64,000 nucleotides of DNA from Thalia democratica (taxonomy: Eukaryota). Made by a program: the position numbers and the translations under genes. The stretch spans positions 83,142,001 to 83,206,000 of the forward strand of contig OZ241826.1 of NCBI GenBank assembly GCA_965202585.1. Reading direction: 5' to 3'. The notes under the pieces are model-generated. The model had not been told where the DNA came from and ran no database searches. It saw only the letters and a program-made list of their open reading frames with translations. Positions 24,870 through 38,782 of this stretch are shown here, one piece after another. Position 1 is the stretch's first letter. The number at the start of each line of letters is the position of its first letter.

Positions 24870-25809
24870 GTAACGAAAATAATGTTTTTAAAACTTTAAT
24901 ACAACTAAACACACTTTGTAAAGTTTAAACTAAATATTATTTCTGAAAGCTTAAATTTTAGTGTCGTATTCAATAAACTCACTATTTTTACCAGTAAACA
25001 TACAAACTAAAATAATTTTACTACCAACACAACAAGCACCTATTTTTCTATATTATGCTAAGTTTTTTTCTATTTTTCCAATACTGACAAACTTAAGTAG
25101 ATTGGTAATCAATGTAAACTTTCCACTTCTACTATCGAAAACTTCCCAGTTATAATTTTTTAAACCACCGATTGCAAACATTTTGTTGCCTAAAGTAACT
25201 AATTGAATGACGATATCTTGTTTTTATCATATCAGGCAAGTTAACCCATTTATCATCATGATAATCATACGCTTCTACTGATCTAAAATTATCTTTCTCT
25301 TGACCACCTGACACAACAATTTTGCCTTCAAAAACTGTACAAGCTGCAAAGCTTCTTTTTTTGTTTATACTTTCTATGTAACGCCAACATCTTTGTGAAA
25401 AATTATACACCAAGCAAGACTTTTTTGAGTTCCAACGATGGCAACCGCCCAACACATAAAACTCTTTCATGAAACTGCAAATACAGAAGTAGGAACGTTA
25501 ATCCGGAAATGATTTCAAAAAGTCAGAAAATTCTTTAGTATCCAATCTTTTAGACACCAAGTAGTCTTTAATGCCTGTTTCAGAAACTGCATAGTTCTTT
25601 GAAGTGGCCAGGAAATTGTTTTCATCCAATTTATCTTCCAATGGTCGATTTGCTTCCAGCTTTAATAATCTTAAACCCGAAAGATTGTTATCAAAAAATA
25701 AGTGACCATTTTGAAAAACGGAGTTATAAGCATCATTGTGATCGCAATGTCTGTTTTGGTACAAAACAGAATACTTATTACAAAAAATTTTAATTTTACC
25801 TGGAAACAA
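24870..25809 (-). pseudogene. Kelch-repeat pseudogene
   Basis: Kelch motifs FYVLGG, ACTVFEGKIVVSGG, SVEAYDYHDDKW and NKMFAIGG. In-frame TAA at 25498-25500, a frameshift near 25200 and another in-frame TAA downstream. No BTB or BACK domain seen. Confidence 0.85.
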
Positions 25810-27759
25810 ATATTTTTAATTAAGTTTTTGTCTTAATTGTTTTAGTTTTTTTGCATGCATTTACTTAATTATCAACAGTAATGATTAAAATTCTTTATGC
25901 AAGTATATTACTTATATATTAGTTAAGTTTGAAAAACCCGCATCAAGTATTTTGATGAGTCAATGTTTTAGCTATTTCTAAATCACTTGTAAAAAACGTT
26001 TGGTGACAAACAAAGGTTTGTTAGCTATTATTATGTGTTCAAATTAAATTAAAATTGTGTAAAAATGTGTTCAGTTAAAAAATAAAGTCATTTGAATAAA
26101 CCTACAGTTTTTTTTAACTACAAGCATTAAACATTAGATAACTACTTAAGGTAAAAAAATTCTGGTAAAAACCTTTTTTGAATTTTTTCTAGATTAATAT
26201 AAAATAGTAATTTATGAAAAAGTAAGCATTCTAAATTTTAAACCAAAACAGAATATTAAAAACAATCAAAGAAACACTTTAGTAAATAAAATAACCAAAG
26301 ATACTTTTAAACTACAAAATTTTATTGTCAAACACTCTCTGTTTACATAATTTAGGTTTATTTAAGAATATTGAGATTGCGTCGAACCAAACTAAATTAA
26401 TTTAGTTTGTACAATTGTTAATAAACTTAAATATTGATAAATCATAGTTTTTTGCACAATCGACGTTATTAATGAGATGTTCTACTATTGAAGATCTTTT
26501 TGTAGCATTTATAACAGCTTTCGTTTTATTAATGGTTTTTACCTTATTAAAATTTAATATACATTTAGGTATATGTTCATTTAGTCTCGTTTTTAGATGC
26601 CTAGACGTTTTCCATATACAACTTTTTTAGCAGAATTAATTAAGTTTGTTAAAGTTATAACTTTTATCAAGGTAGGATACTGGGTCTTTCAGTTCCCAAA
26701 GAACTAATTTTCAAACAATTACATACTACTCTAGGTTTTACATAGTGATAAGTCTACTGTGTTATTTCTTGCCCTTTCTCTGAAAAAAAAAAAAACGTGA
26801 TACGTTACCTAAATATGGTAGTTTAAGAACTGCAGGAAAATTCTCCGGTCCAGCAGTTAGGTTACAAGTTTGTAGTTGTTGTTTATTGAGTTTGATTTAA
26901 CGATATGCTAGATGTCAGGGATGTTCTGCAAAAAATACTATTCGATTTAAGCGGATGTTTATATTTATAATTTTTTCTATGCTTTGTAAGTGCTTAGAAG
27001 CACAATCTTATTTGCTGAAGAGCTAAATATTTTTATTTTTAAGTGCAAAATATATAATGCAATATGTTTTATTGAAAGTGTTGCAACTAACATAAGTCGT
27101 CAGGGAACGCAGTATTTTGATGCACAGTTGAAATTTGTTAATTCGCCGTAAAGAGCGCTAATATTATTTCCTTAAGCATAGGTACGTGAATAAAGAAACA
27201 TCTGTTAATGTGAGAGCAGAACAACCATACTCGTTATCATCTGAGTTTTTGTTGTTATAACTACCTTTGTAACTTGTTTACTACTACCAGTTGATTGTTT
27301 TTATCTGCTGATTGTACAAAAATATATATTATTATTTTTAATTCAAAATTTTGTTAAAATTTAAAAACAATTGTTTATAGTTAATTTCCATCTTTTCTAA
27401 CTCGTAAAACCGAAAAATCCTAGTTTTCATTACTCGTTTCAAGTTAGAGTATAAATTATGGTAAAGTGCTTCTATACAGTAGAAAAAATATTGTTTAACT
27501 CCCTTTGAGTCGTTCAAAAATAAATTGATGTGTATATATATTTTAAACGTTGTTTGATGAAAAAAATATTTATCGATTAATATGCACACCTTTTAATCAC
27601 ACCCAATACCTTGCTACTGCTTAAAAATAAGTGTTTAGTTTACAAGTATGATGATAGACAATGAAAAGATGAATATGTTCTATGTAAACAAGTTAACTTT
27701 AGTGAACTTTGAATTTGAAGTTTAGAGAAGAACGAGCAGTTTGAAACAATTCCTGCACA

Positions 27760-28850
27760 TTTCAAGCTACCGTAAAAAAAGCAGGTGGAAAGAAAAAGCC
27801 TGTAAGAAGCAGCCACAGGATAAAAAGCCTAAAGACAAGAATCCGAGGACAAGTAGCCCAAGGACAAGAAGCCGGAAGACCAGAAATCCAATAAGAGCGG
27901 TATAAGACAACTCAATGACACTTAACTTATATTTGATTTTTATTTTATATTTCAACTTAATTTTTGTGAATTGTGTAACTTATGATAGTACAACTAATGC
28001 AGCTTCTGTTTCTTACTTTTTTTTTGGTCCGCGCTTTTAACACTTGTGTAAAAGTTTAGAGTTAAGTAGGATTTTAACGATTGAAACCGTTTTTAACAAA
28101 GCATAACCTTTATTAAAAAAATACAAATTAAATAGTGTAATGAAATAAACATATAATTTTATAATTTTAAAGCATTTGAATAAATATTGGATTTTCTGTA
28201 AAAATAAACATTTTCTAAGCTTTTTTAAAACAGCGTTGTTTATTGGAGGAAGTTAATTTTTTAAATTGATTACATAATAAACAAGAAAATTTTTTGTTTT
28301 AATATAAGATAAACACTAAATTAAAATTTTTAGCATTCGACCGTATTTGGTAAAGGCAATGTGCTTTAGCATGTTTTATTACAAAAACTGTTAAATTTTA
28401 ATTGCTTCTTTTGCTTTAGATCTAAGATACTTAAGATTAGTACTATTTGATCATTTGTGTTCAGTTGTAGTTTTTTTCTACTTTTGTAGTTTTTTGTAGT
28501 GATTATTTATTTTTCTGTGTTGCTTAGTATGTAAATTAAAATAAGTCTTTTGGTTTGTAAATTAGTCTAACATGTATTCTATATCTTTTCTATTCTCTAC
28601 TACCCATAAGCAATAATTTTTTATTAAGATAAGACTTATCAGACAAACTTCAAGGCATTTTGAAACCTGGACCAAAGAACATTTACCTGCTTGCGTAATG
28701 AAATTTATAGAAGAAGAACCTGAAATCAATAATACAACAATCAAAAACGCAGATAAAAATTTTCAATTCTTGAACATTAAATAAGTAGTAGAGGATGTGC
28801 TAGGCAACATGAGAAATCTAGATTTAAAATAATCAATCATTGTAATAATG
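27760..28850 (+). repeat. Second copy of the 20060-21260 duplicated segment
   Basis: Same block order. The KKP(E/K)D repeats have a frameshift and a stop; one open stretch reads IKIRLIRQTSRHFETWTKEHLPACVMKFIEEEPE. Confidence 0.7.
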
Positions 28851-29249
28851 TTTTTGATCTCATTAAGTCAGAGGTTATTTTACATTTTAAAACAAACCAG
28901 AATTGTCTATACAAAAATAGTTTGATTATAAAGTGTCTATATTTACTTAAACTAGCTAATTTATTTTTTTTGATTGTATTTTAGTTTAATTGATGATTAC
29001 TTTACACTGATTATTAATTACTTTGTTAGTTTTATATTTTTTCATGATAAAAAATAAATTACAATTTTATATTCTGTTTTACTGTGAGTTTCAGAAGAAA
29101 ATTAGATAAATAAATATACTAAACTGTCAAAAAGAAAGCTTGAGAGAAAACTAAACACATTTTATGTATCTATTTAAACATAAAACTTTATAAACACTAT
29201 ACACATTTCAAATTAAACAATTAATTTGATGAGTGTAAATTCTTTCTAT

Positions 29250-29776
29250 GAGTAGCTGTCAAATTTTCACGAGCGAACAAAATTGCACGAGGGCACAAAT
29301 TAACACGAAGATACTTTTGCACGAGGGGACTAAATTGCACGAAGACTTTTTTGCACGAGCATAAAATTTTGAACGAAGAAAATTTTGTACGGGTTAAATT
29401 TTTTATCTATTTTTATTTTTTCTTGTTTTTTTATTTATTACTATTTTTCCTTTAAAAAAATTATTTTATTTTACTTTATTTATTTTTATACTTTCACTCT
29501 TACCGATAAACCTTACCTTCAGTTGTTAGCTTTTCTTTTTTTTGTTTATTTTTAATTTTATTTTTCCTTTTTTTTTCAGTAATAATTTTTATTAGTTAGT
29601 TTTCTATTTTTATTATTACTGATACCTCCTACCCTTACCCTCGGTAAATTACTATTTTTTCTTTTAGTTTTTATTATCAATCAGTTTTTTATTTTTAATT
29701 TCTTTCAATTTTTTATTTCTGTTTATTTTTACTCTCGTGCATATTTGTGCCCTCATGCAATTTTGACCTGTTCCCC
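29250..29776. mobile_element. TTGCACGA-family inverted-repeat element
   Basis: About 7 TTGCACGA-like units at the left end, inverted TCGTGCA/ATGCAATTTTGAC units at the right end, internal CCTTACCCT motifs. Confidence 0.75.
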
Positions 29777-29875
29777 TTTCAATATACATGCCTATTGACA
29801 AATATTTTCAATTTCAATTTTTTACCGTGTTTAATAAACTTAAGTTTTTACTTTTGTTATGTTTACCACTAAAAC

Positions 29876-29945
29876 TTGTCCTGGGCAAGACACTAAACTG
29901 TATCTGTGGTGTACGACTCGAAAACCGAAAGGTTTTTTTTTCACC
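29876..29945 (+). mobile_element. Possible fragment of a tRNA-derived SINE
   Basis: TTGTCCTGGGCAAGACACTAAAC resembles the GTGTCCTTG(A/G)GCAAGACACTTAAC block found just after the B box in many metazoan SINEs. No A or B box seen. Confidence 0.35.
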
Positions 29946-32900
29946 AGGTGTTTAAATCAAAGTTTTTTTAACGCTTGTACTTTTTTTTTAAATCATTAAT
30001 CAACTCAATAATAAACGTCATTCTTATAACCTAAATTTTTTGAAATTTAGGTGTATAATTTTAAAATTTTGTTACTTTTTAACATTATGATACAACTAAT
30101 TAGTTTTAAAACCTAAATAGCAGTATTTTATTTCTTTATGAAATTTTGAATTAAATTTTTGTAGACATGTTTTTAAAGTTTAAATTAGTTGTATATTGAG
30201 GATTTCAATAGGTAAACAATACTTTTGAATTTTTGAAAACTTATTTAACCTTAAGTTTTATTTTTAATTAAAAGGTTTTGTTATATCTAATACCACAAGT
30301 AAATGGTTTAAGTTTTAACTAGTTATATTTTTAATTTGTGACAAAAGGAAAAAGTATATGAAATTTTAATATAATATAATAGTCATCATTCTATCAATAG
30401 TAGCTTTAATTAACTAAACCTTAAAATTTTGTTTTAAACCAAAGACAATAGAAATAATTTCACACTAAAATTGTTTAAAAAAAATTAACCAAAAACAGGC
30501 TTCATACTAGGGCTTGGAAACGTACGGCCGGTAAGCCTGATCGATAAAGTGAAAAAGTTTTACTAATATTATTTGTGTAAAACAGATACAATCGTGCATT
30601 TCTCTAGCAAATTGTTTGAATTGTGCTTTTAGATTAATAAGTACATTTTTATGCTCGACAACAGATAATTTCATACCGACGTTATTTATTTCTGTTTATA
30701 AAACAAAATAAAATTTCCGATAACAAGTCTTCGTCCTTTCATGTATTTTTTACGTCTGATAAACAAAATAACTAATTTTTTATAGTAAAATCTTACAGGT
30801 AAATTATTAGTACAAACAACAAAATTGATTCGCTTCTCATAGAAGGCTTTGGTACCCTGATATTTACTGGTTTCAATTACATATGACCAAAGAATAATTT
30901 TTTGTCAAGTCCTGCCCGCAAAAATCGTGTTCACTAAAAATCACTTAGAGTAACATAAATATGTTAAAAATATTAAAAACGTTTTGGAAGCTTAATGATT
31001 TAATAAATTATTTCTATTTTAAATATAAAAAGTTCTTGAGTCTATTTTTCAAATATTACTTACTTAACACTAGCTAAAGTGTTGACTTTTTTGTTTTATT
31101 TTACAATATATAAATATATTTATAAAATATATTGCCTTAAAACTAGTACTTAAACGTTGATGGTATATTCTACTCAAATAAATTCTTTAAGAGTAATGTT
31201 TGCTAAAATAATCTTAAAAAACACAAACGATTGTAAAATTAATGTTAAAAACCACCAGATTAACTCGTTTAGGTACTTAGACTGTACTTGTTTGCACAAA
31301 ATAAATTTTTGTTCTAGTTTTATTAAGCTGTTACTTTTATCTGTTTTCTATACAAATAGAAAAATCATTTTACTTTTTAATACAATTGAAATTTAATTAA
31401 TATTTAATTAAGTTTTAGAAACCGTAACTACAACGACTTTAAATTGTTTTCAATTTAAAAAAATATAATTTTATAATATTTTTAAGACATGGTTTTAGTG
31501 TGTATAAAATATTTTATAGTAATTTTTAAGTTAAATTATTTGTATCACGTTGCTAAGCCCTTCAAAATTCTTATAATTTTCTCTCTATTCATTTTATGAG
31601 AATTTCTTCGTTAGTAATTTTTTTTTTATTTTAATTTTTTAAATAAATATCGGCCATTTCCGACAACTTTTTATGAAATAGAATTGCGTGTTAAAAATAA
31701 CTTCTATTAATAACATTAGCTCTTATTAACATAAAATTTAGTACGTATCAGGTTTGAATTTACACATACATTTATAGGCGCTTATGTGTTGTTATATCAC
31801 ATACTTAGTAGGTATAAGTATTTTATTGTTCGAAAACAATCACCTTTTTTTAAATAGAAACTTCCTTCTCATACAATGTGTCTGACAGCTGAGTAACAAG
31901 CTTAGTAATATAATTAGTAACTAGTGCTACAATAGTCAGTCTAAATTAACTGTTTGATTAAATTTACTAATCGTCAAGTGATTATGATTATTTTCTTATG
32001 TATAACCTATATCAAAGTTTATTAAAAAAAAAACAGAAATTGAATTAAATAGTATAAATTTTACTACAAAATAAATAAAGTACGTAAAGAAAATCTCAAT
32101 TGTTTTGTTTATTAAATTTAAGTTCTAAAAATAAATTATAAGAATTTCGGATGCAAATATTAACCAGCACTTAACAGCGGTTTAAGAGCTACGCACGAGT
32201 ATAATTTATTTCGTACCTCGTAGACTTTTTAAAAACTCATAAAATACTTTATTTTCATTCTTCGATACTACATAATACTGTCAACCTAACTTTCAAGAGT
32301 TGATATAAATAAAATATTTAAATAAATCACTTCATTAAACCATAATGCTTTTTAAAAAAAGTCCTCTAAGAATACAATTGAAAGAATTAGTTTATAGTGA
32401 ACACTTTTTTTTTCAAACAAATATAATTTTATAAATATACGAAACTAGATTTTTAAGTTATTTTTACTGTTTCTTTAGTCGCTGAACAATAAGTTTGATG
32501 TCCGATTTTAAAATCTATGCTTTAGATTAGTATTTTATTTTATAACCATGCACAGTAAAAAAACTTCTAAAACACACTTACACACTTGTCAATTTAGTTT
32601 ACACCTTACTGCAAACTAACGATATTTTGAAAAAAAATCAAGATTTGCAAAAAACTTAAACAAACCGGAGTTGTGTTATACTTGACATAATTTTAGTTTT
32701 TCTTCTTCTTTGACTCAATTTTTTTAACTCATATAGTATCAGCAGAATACACAAAGCAAAGTTTAGAACATTAGATATTTATTAAATATCAACCACCGAT
32801 CATGCTTTTCATGTTTTAAATTAGCATGTTACATCATACAATTATGTCTTGGCCAGGTGATGTTATGTAAGAAAGAAGTATAAAAACAGCCAAGCGAACG

Positions 32901-35144
32901 AGAAAGCAGATCATTTTGATTTCGACGTTAGCAAGAAGCATCACTACGCCAGTTTCCAGTCCGAAGCGACAGTCGCCATTTTGAAATAACAACGTCAATC
33001 GAAGTTCTCAAATCTTGCCTAAAACTTATTACGTTACAATTGTTGGTTGTGACCGCACAAGCACTTCAACTTAATCATTCACAGCGTTTTTTGAGTAACT
33101 CTTATTTAAATACTTCGACGAAGGGCATAGCTCAAATTGAGGTTTGCGTGTCTTTAATTTTTTATTTAAAAATTTACAAATATCGGGGCGTCAAACTCGA
33201 CTTGAGTTTGTAACGTGCCTTAGAACTATAGCGCAGTTGTACCAATGAGGTCTTTTATATAAAAAAAAATTATTTAGATTAAATTAATAAATTACCGTGT
33301 TTTCGTGGTGGGTTTTATAAATCAAAAAGGTTTATTTGTTTGTTCAAGGTTTAAACAATAAAATAAATAGTTTGTTAAATTTTTGTGCATCATATTTATT
33401 GTATGGTTAAATCAGATCTTAAAATTAATTAAAAATTTTTATCAGTAAATTTCGTTAAGAAAAAAAATATTTTTTTTTAATTTTAATTTATTTAGTTTCT
33501 AAAGTTGATAAAAGAAAAATAAAGAAAATTTGAAACTTTAAAATTAAATTTTTTAAACTAGTATAAAAAGTAATTTGAGTTTGTAGACACTAAAAAAGTC
33601 AAAGAATACTTGCCAGCCTACTATATGATATGAAAAATTCTATATATTTTTTAACACGATAAAAAAATTTTTACTTAAACTATATGTTGTACTTGTAAAT
33701 TAAGCTTTATAAAGTATACTTAATCAAATTTATTATATAAAAATTCCTTGTTTTATTGTTATCATCTTAGAGTTATAAAAACTTAATATTCCTTTATTTA
33801 TTCAACTGCATAAATAGCTTCACTAATCAAAACATTTTGTAAAACTAAACTATTGGTATAATCAATGATTTATAAAGTTACAATGTCAGTACCTTAAAAT
33901 GGTTTTATGTCTTAGTTTTAAATCAACTATTTAGAGTGTTTTTTTTTTTTTTGTTACTACTAATTAAATTTATTATGTTTATAATTAGAAATACTTTATT
34001 TGTTTAATATATAACTTTTTTTACTAGAAAAATTCAATCAATATTTTGTTTTTTAAATTTTATTACAAAATTACGATATCGTTTTTTACTAAGCATGCTA
34101 AAGATTTGATACAATAATATAAATCAATTAAAAAGTAAAACCTTAGATAAAACAATATATAAAAAAAAATGGTTTTAAAAATATTTTTAGAATATATATA
34201 TATATTTCTAGCAATAAAGTTTTTATACTAAATAAAATTAATTGAGAAAACTTTCTGTTTTGCATTATAAATTGTTACTAGGTCAATTAGATTATTTATT
34301 TTAGAGCAATAAATATTAACGTATTTTTGAGACTTACAAATAAACTTTTGTTATATAAGAATATTTAAATAATATATTGGAAACGGACAATTCAATGTCG
34401 TCAATAACATAATACAACAAAGCTCTTATAAATCTGCAAGGAAAAAAAAAAAATGAAACGTTTGTATAATGAGTAGAAATAACTCCCAAAATCCTTCTGA
34501 AGAAGATTATCAGGATGATATTTTTAAATAAACCCTGTCATTTAATAGAACTTAATTTAGATTTTTATTCTTTTAGCCAATGGTAAATTATATCTAAAGA
34601 TTAGATAAGAAATATTACATAATAAACTTAAACACAAAAGATAAGTGTCGAAAACTTATTAATTTGATTTTTTCATATTTCTTTTAAAATATGTTGTGTA
34701 TAGAGCAAAATTAATTTAAATTTTTTATAAAAATTTAAAGTTTTAAAAATTTAAAACTGCAAAAATAATTTTACACGATTCATAATAAACACTTCTTTAA
34801 TATTTTTACTGATCTCTTTAATAAGTTATTATTTCACAGATTTCCAAAAACATTAAAACTATAGATTATTTAGCGATCATTATATATGAATTAAAAATGT
34901 AAGCTATTAGATTAATTTATACAACTCAAAAAATGAGGTAAAAAAGTAATTAATATTATGCTAAATTAATTCTAAAATAAAAAACTATATAAAAAATACT
35001 TTTTACGTAACATATTAAAACAATATGTTTTAAATAAATCAATGATTGAACTAACTTATTTTAATTTTTTTAATTACTCTATTAAGATTTGTTTGTTTTT
35101 GCATAAAATCCTGAAAAAATAAACGTAAATAAACAAGTAAAATA

Positions 35145-35402
35145 GGTTAGAAACGATCGGGCTTGAAACGATCAGGCTAGAAGTGACCAGGTTAGAAATG
35201 ATCGGGTTAGAAATGATCGGGTTAGAAGTGATCGGGTTAGAAGTGATCCGGTTAGAAGTGATCCGGCTAGAAATGATCGAGTTAGAAGTGATCGGGTTAG
35301 AAGTGATTAGGTTAGAAGTGATCCGGTTAGAAATGATCGTGTTAAAATTATTGGGTTAGAAGTGATCCGGTTAGAAATGATAGCGGGATAGAAATGATCG
35401 GC
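35145..35402. repeat. 15-bp minisatellite, about 17 units, consensus GGTTAGAA(A/G)TGATC(G/C)
   Basis: Directly visible tandem array. Confidence 0.95.
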
Positions 35403-36813
35403 TCCCATACTATGGTGGGTTAAAATATATACCATAATTATTTTTAAAGTTTAAATAAACTTAAATTCCTGTAACACTCACTTATACTAATCAAAATTAA
35501 AGAAAGTAATTATGGTACATTTTTTTAAACATAAAAACATATTTCACATATAAACAGCTTAAATATACACTTTAGGTCATTTATCAATAATTCTTATTAA
35601 GTATGAACGGTGTTATTTTTAACTTAAAAGTGTTTTCCGTTTCAAAAAATCTATATTTAACGTATAAAAAGCAAATTATTGAACATTAAAAAATATGTAA
35701 TGTGCTAACTTCAATTAGAGTAATTAAGATATTACAAAGTACATATATAATATTCGCTTGTCAAATTACCCTAAGCGAAATGTTTTATTTTTAATCCGAT
35801 ATCTACCTTTGTCAATCTACGATGTCTATAACTTTCTTAAATAAGAGACAAGTCAAAAATGCCATTTTCCCGAGTAAATAGTGTGTTGTTTATATAAATA
35901 TTGCTTTTTTTTTTTTCATTATTTCCCAACAAGTAATTGACATCAACATTATCAGTCAAATCACTAAAATTTACACTTTATCATACTTAAGGAGAAGTTT
36001 TAAGATGCGTTTTGGATATAAACCCGCAAATTAGGCATTTTTTAAAAATGAAAGACTTAGTAAAACATTATAAAGGTTTTTCCAACAAGTATTGGTTTTA
36101 GAATTTGCATTCATAAAAAATATGTTTAGGCATATTTTTTAATCGCAACCTTTCTATTTGATCTATAATCAATTTGATTTTGTTATTTTACCTTCTACGA
36201 CTTGGCCTCATAAATGTTTTTTGATTTGATTTTTTATGTAACACTAAACGGGAATTAATATTTAGCTTTTGTGAGTTTTTATTTGATTTGCTTGTATAGT
36301 ACTTTTAAACTAAATTTAAGCTTACTTAAAAAATTAACAAGCGTTTCAAATAGTCGAAACTTGTTTTTCAAGTCTTTGTTAATTAAACCCAAATTCCTAA
36401 TCTGTTTGAAAATAACAGATGTGTTCTGTAACCGCTCTGTTAATAATCGAAATCTTATTTTTATTTAGTTTTATAATTTAAAACATAACAAAAGGTTAAA
36501 TTAATAGCTTAAACTTTATAACAAGTCAGAACAATTAAACTAAAAATAATAACAATAAGAAAAATATTAGACTAAATTTAAAGATTATAAAAAAGTTTAT
36601 CGTAGTTTTTAGATATACATTATACACTTTAAAAAACTTTGACTGTTATAAAAAAATGTTTTTAAAATGCGAATAATTAGTAGAATTTTATATTGTAATG
36701 TATATGCAATGCACTCTTGTTAATGGGCATTTTCAAGAATATCAAAATGAAACTGATAAACTAATCAACAAACAGCATTAAATGTGAATCATTGTAAAAT
36801 AACAATTGTGAAC

Positions 36814-37523
36814 GAGTGTGAAGTTAGCTTGAATATTTTTTTTAAATGTCCAAACTTTGGATTTAATTATTTTCTTTATCTTATTAGCTAATTAAAAACT
36901 TTTTTTTTATTATAGAAACGGTCCTTTGTCTTTAAACTAAAAAAATTCTATTGGATTGCGATTTGGTTTTTTGAGTGGTGCCTTTTAGAAAAATTGAGTT
37001 ATTTAAGAAAAAAATTATTTTATGAGTTTGAATAAAAAAAATATTGTAAAATATTTTTTTAATCTTCCTTATAATACGTGTATAAACAACTAAAATATTT
37101 TTTACTAAATGTCAATATTTTGCACAATTTGCCTTAATTGGTTTTTTTTATAAATTTTATGAATTATAAACTCAAACTCATAAAAAAAAACTCATAAAAA
37201 AAACCAGTTAAGGCCAAATTGTACAAAATATTGACAGTTATTAATGAAAAAATTATAGTCATTTATACACATATTATTAAGAAAATTAAATAAAAATTAT
37301 ATGTTGTTTTCTACTCAAACTCATAAAATAAATAAAAAATAAAAAAACCCAATTTTTTTAAAAGGCCCCACTCAAAAAACCAAATTCCAATCCAATGGAG
37401 TTTTTTAGTTTAAAAACAAAGGACTATTCTTTAGAAAAAAAAATAATTAGCTTTTAAGATTAGAAAAATAACTAAACACTAAGTTTGGACATTAAAAAAA
37501 TTATTCAAGCTAACTTCACACTC
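36814..37523. mobile_element. Foldback element (about 710 bp) with long imperfect inverted arms
   Basis: GAGTGTGAAGTTAGCTTGAAT...ATTCAAGCTAACTTCACACTC. The arms stay complementary for about 320 bp around a short centre containing AAACTCATAAAA repeats. Confidence 0.85.
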
Positions 37524-37549
37524 ATAAAATAACAATAACAAGTTTACTA

Positions 37550-37855
37550 ATGTTGTTGAGTCTTAATGTTAATTTGTCAACCAGCTTTGAGATTTGATTT
37601 GAGCAAATTGTTTTGGAATCCAATCTGTATTGATTGTTGACAATCAAACAGTGGTGTTGAGTCTTACTGTGAGTTTATCAACCAGTTTTGAGATTGGTTT
37701 TGAACAGTTTGTTTTAGAATTCAATTTGTATTGATTACTGACCTCTAAACAGTGTTGTTGAGTCTTTATTTTAATTTATCAACCAGTTTTGAGATTGGTT
37801 TTGAACAGTTTGTTTAGGAATTCAATCTGTGTTGATAATAAACCTTCAACAAGTG
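37550..37855. repeat. 101-bp tandem repeat (3 units); continues near 38212-38330 after a MITE, with a paralogous copy near 42005-42200
   Basis: GTTGAGTCTT...TCAACCAG.TTTGAGATT...AATCTGTATTGA recurs with a 101-nt period. Confidence 0.85.
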
Positions 37856-38211
37856 CAGGGTTACCAAAAAACTTGGCTACATAGAAAACCCTGGAGTTTG
37901 AGAAATTTAAAAAAAAAAACCTGAAAAATCTGGAATTTTAAACTTTATTTACATGCTAAATAGAAAATTTTAATTTGACAAAAAATTGTTACGTTAAATA
38001 TATAGTTCTGTCAGCATCAACATATTTTTTATAAGAAAGCACACTTGAATTAGCTTTACAATATCTTTTTAATGTTTTTATACTGTTTAAGACAAATTTA
38101 AGCTTAAAATAAATTTTAAACTAAAAGAAGACCCGAAATTTGTACTTGTAAAAACCTGAATGAATTTTGGAAATCTGGAAAAAACTTTTCCAAAATTATT
38201 CGCAAAACCTG
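37856..38211. mobile_element. Degenerate MITE inserted into the 101-bp repeat array
   Basis: Ends CAGGGTTACC...CGCAAAACCTG and internal AAAACC(C)TG repeats. The array resumes immediately afterwards. Confidence 0.55.
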
Positions 38212-38782
38212 ATCAGTGGTGTTGAATCTTACTGTGAATTTGTCAACCTGTTTTGATTTTGGTTCTAATCAGGTTATTTCTACGCTGATAAGGAAATTTA
38301 ATCTGGATTTCCTTGTTCTTTTAAGTTCAGTTCAGTCAAAATGACAGATATATATTATTTAACAAAGTGATCCAAAGTTTTAAGATATAAAAAAAAAATT
38401 AAGGAAGTTATTTTAAATGTTAGATAAAAAAATTTGTTGAATTTTAATAGTTTTTTGTTTCAGTGCATAACAACCAACATAGTTTTGAAGATTATTTAAT
38501 ACTAGTCACGTTATTTATAAATTATAAAATTTCAGATCATGAAAAGTATTATAACTTAGTTTATTAACTTGTTCTTATAAGCATGTTTAGTATCAAAATA
38601 TTAAGTTTCTACATGGTTTACTTTCCTTTATTTGAATAATGAAATACTTAATTGGAAGATTAAACAAAAGTTTGTAATGTCATTAGTTGTACTTTAAAAC
38701 TATTTTGATAGTTTTAAATGGTAAAAAGAATATTGTTGTTTTAATGTAACAATTAGGAAAAGTTTATGTTATAAGTAATTAA

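Noticed and set aside
20074-27955. Leu-rich, signal-peptide-like ORFs 20074-20262(-) and 27767-27955(-)
   Set aside because: They are the reverse complement of the KKPED repeats, not independent membrane peptides.
34378-34530. Frame GNGQFNVV...KKKK*NVCIMSRNNSQNPSEEDYQDDIF*
   Set aside because: No convincing splice context or homology; too short to support.
29250-35402. CRISPR-like reading of the TTGCACGA and 15-bp arrays
   Set aside because: Eukaryotic DNA, no unique spacers of constant length and no cas genes; these are TE subterminal repeats and a minisatellite.
35770-36470. Possible highly decayed kinase on the - strand (RKVAIKK; LKIKHFA)
   Set aside because: Many stops and no HRD/DFG/APE; the motif hits could be chance.
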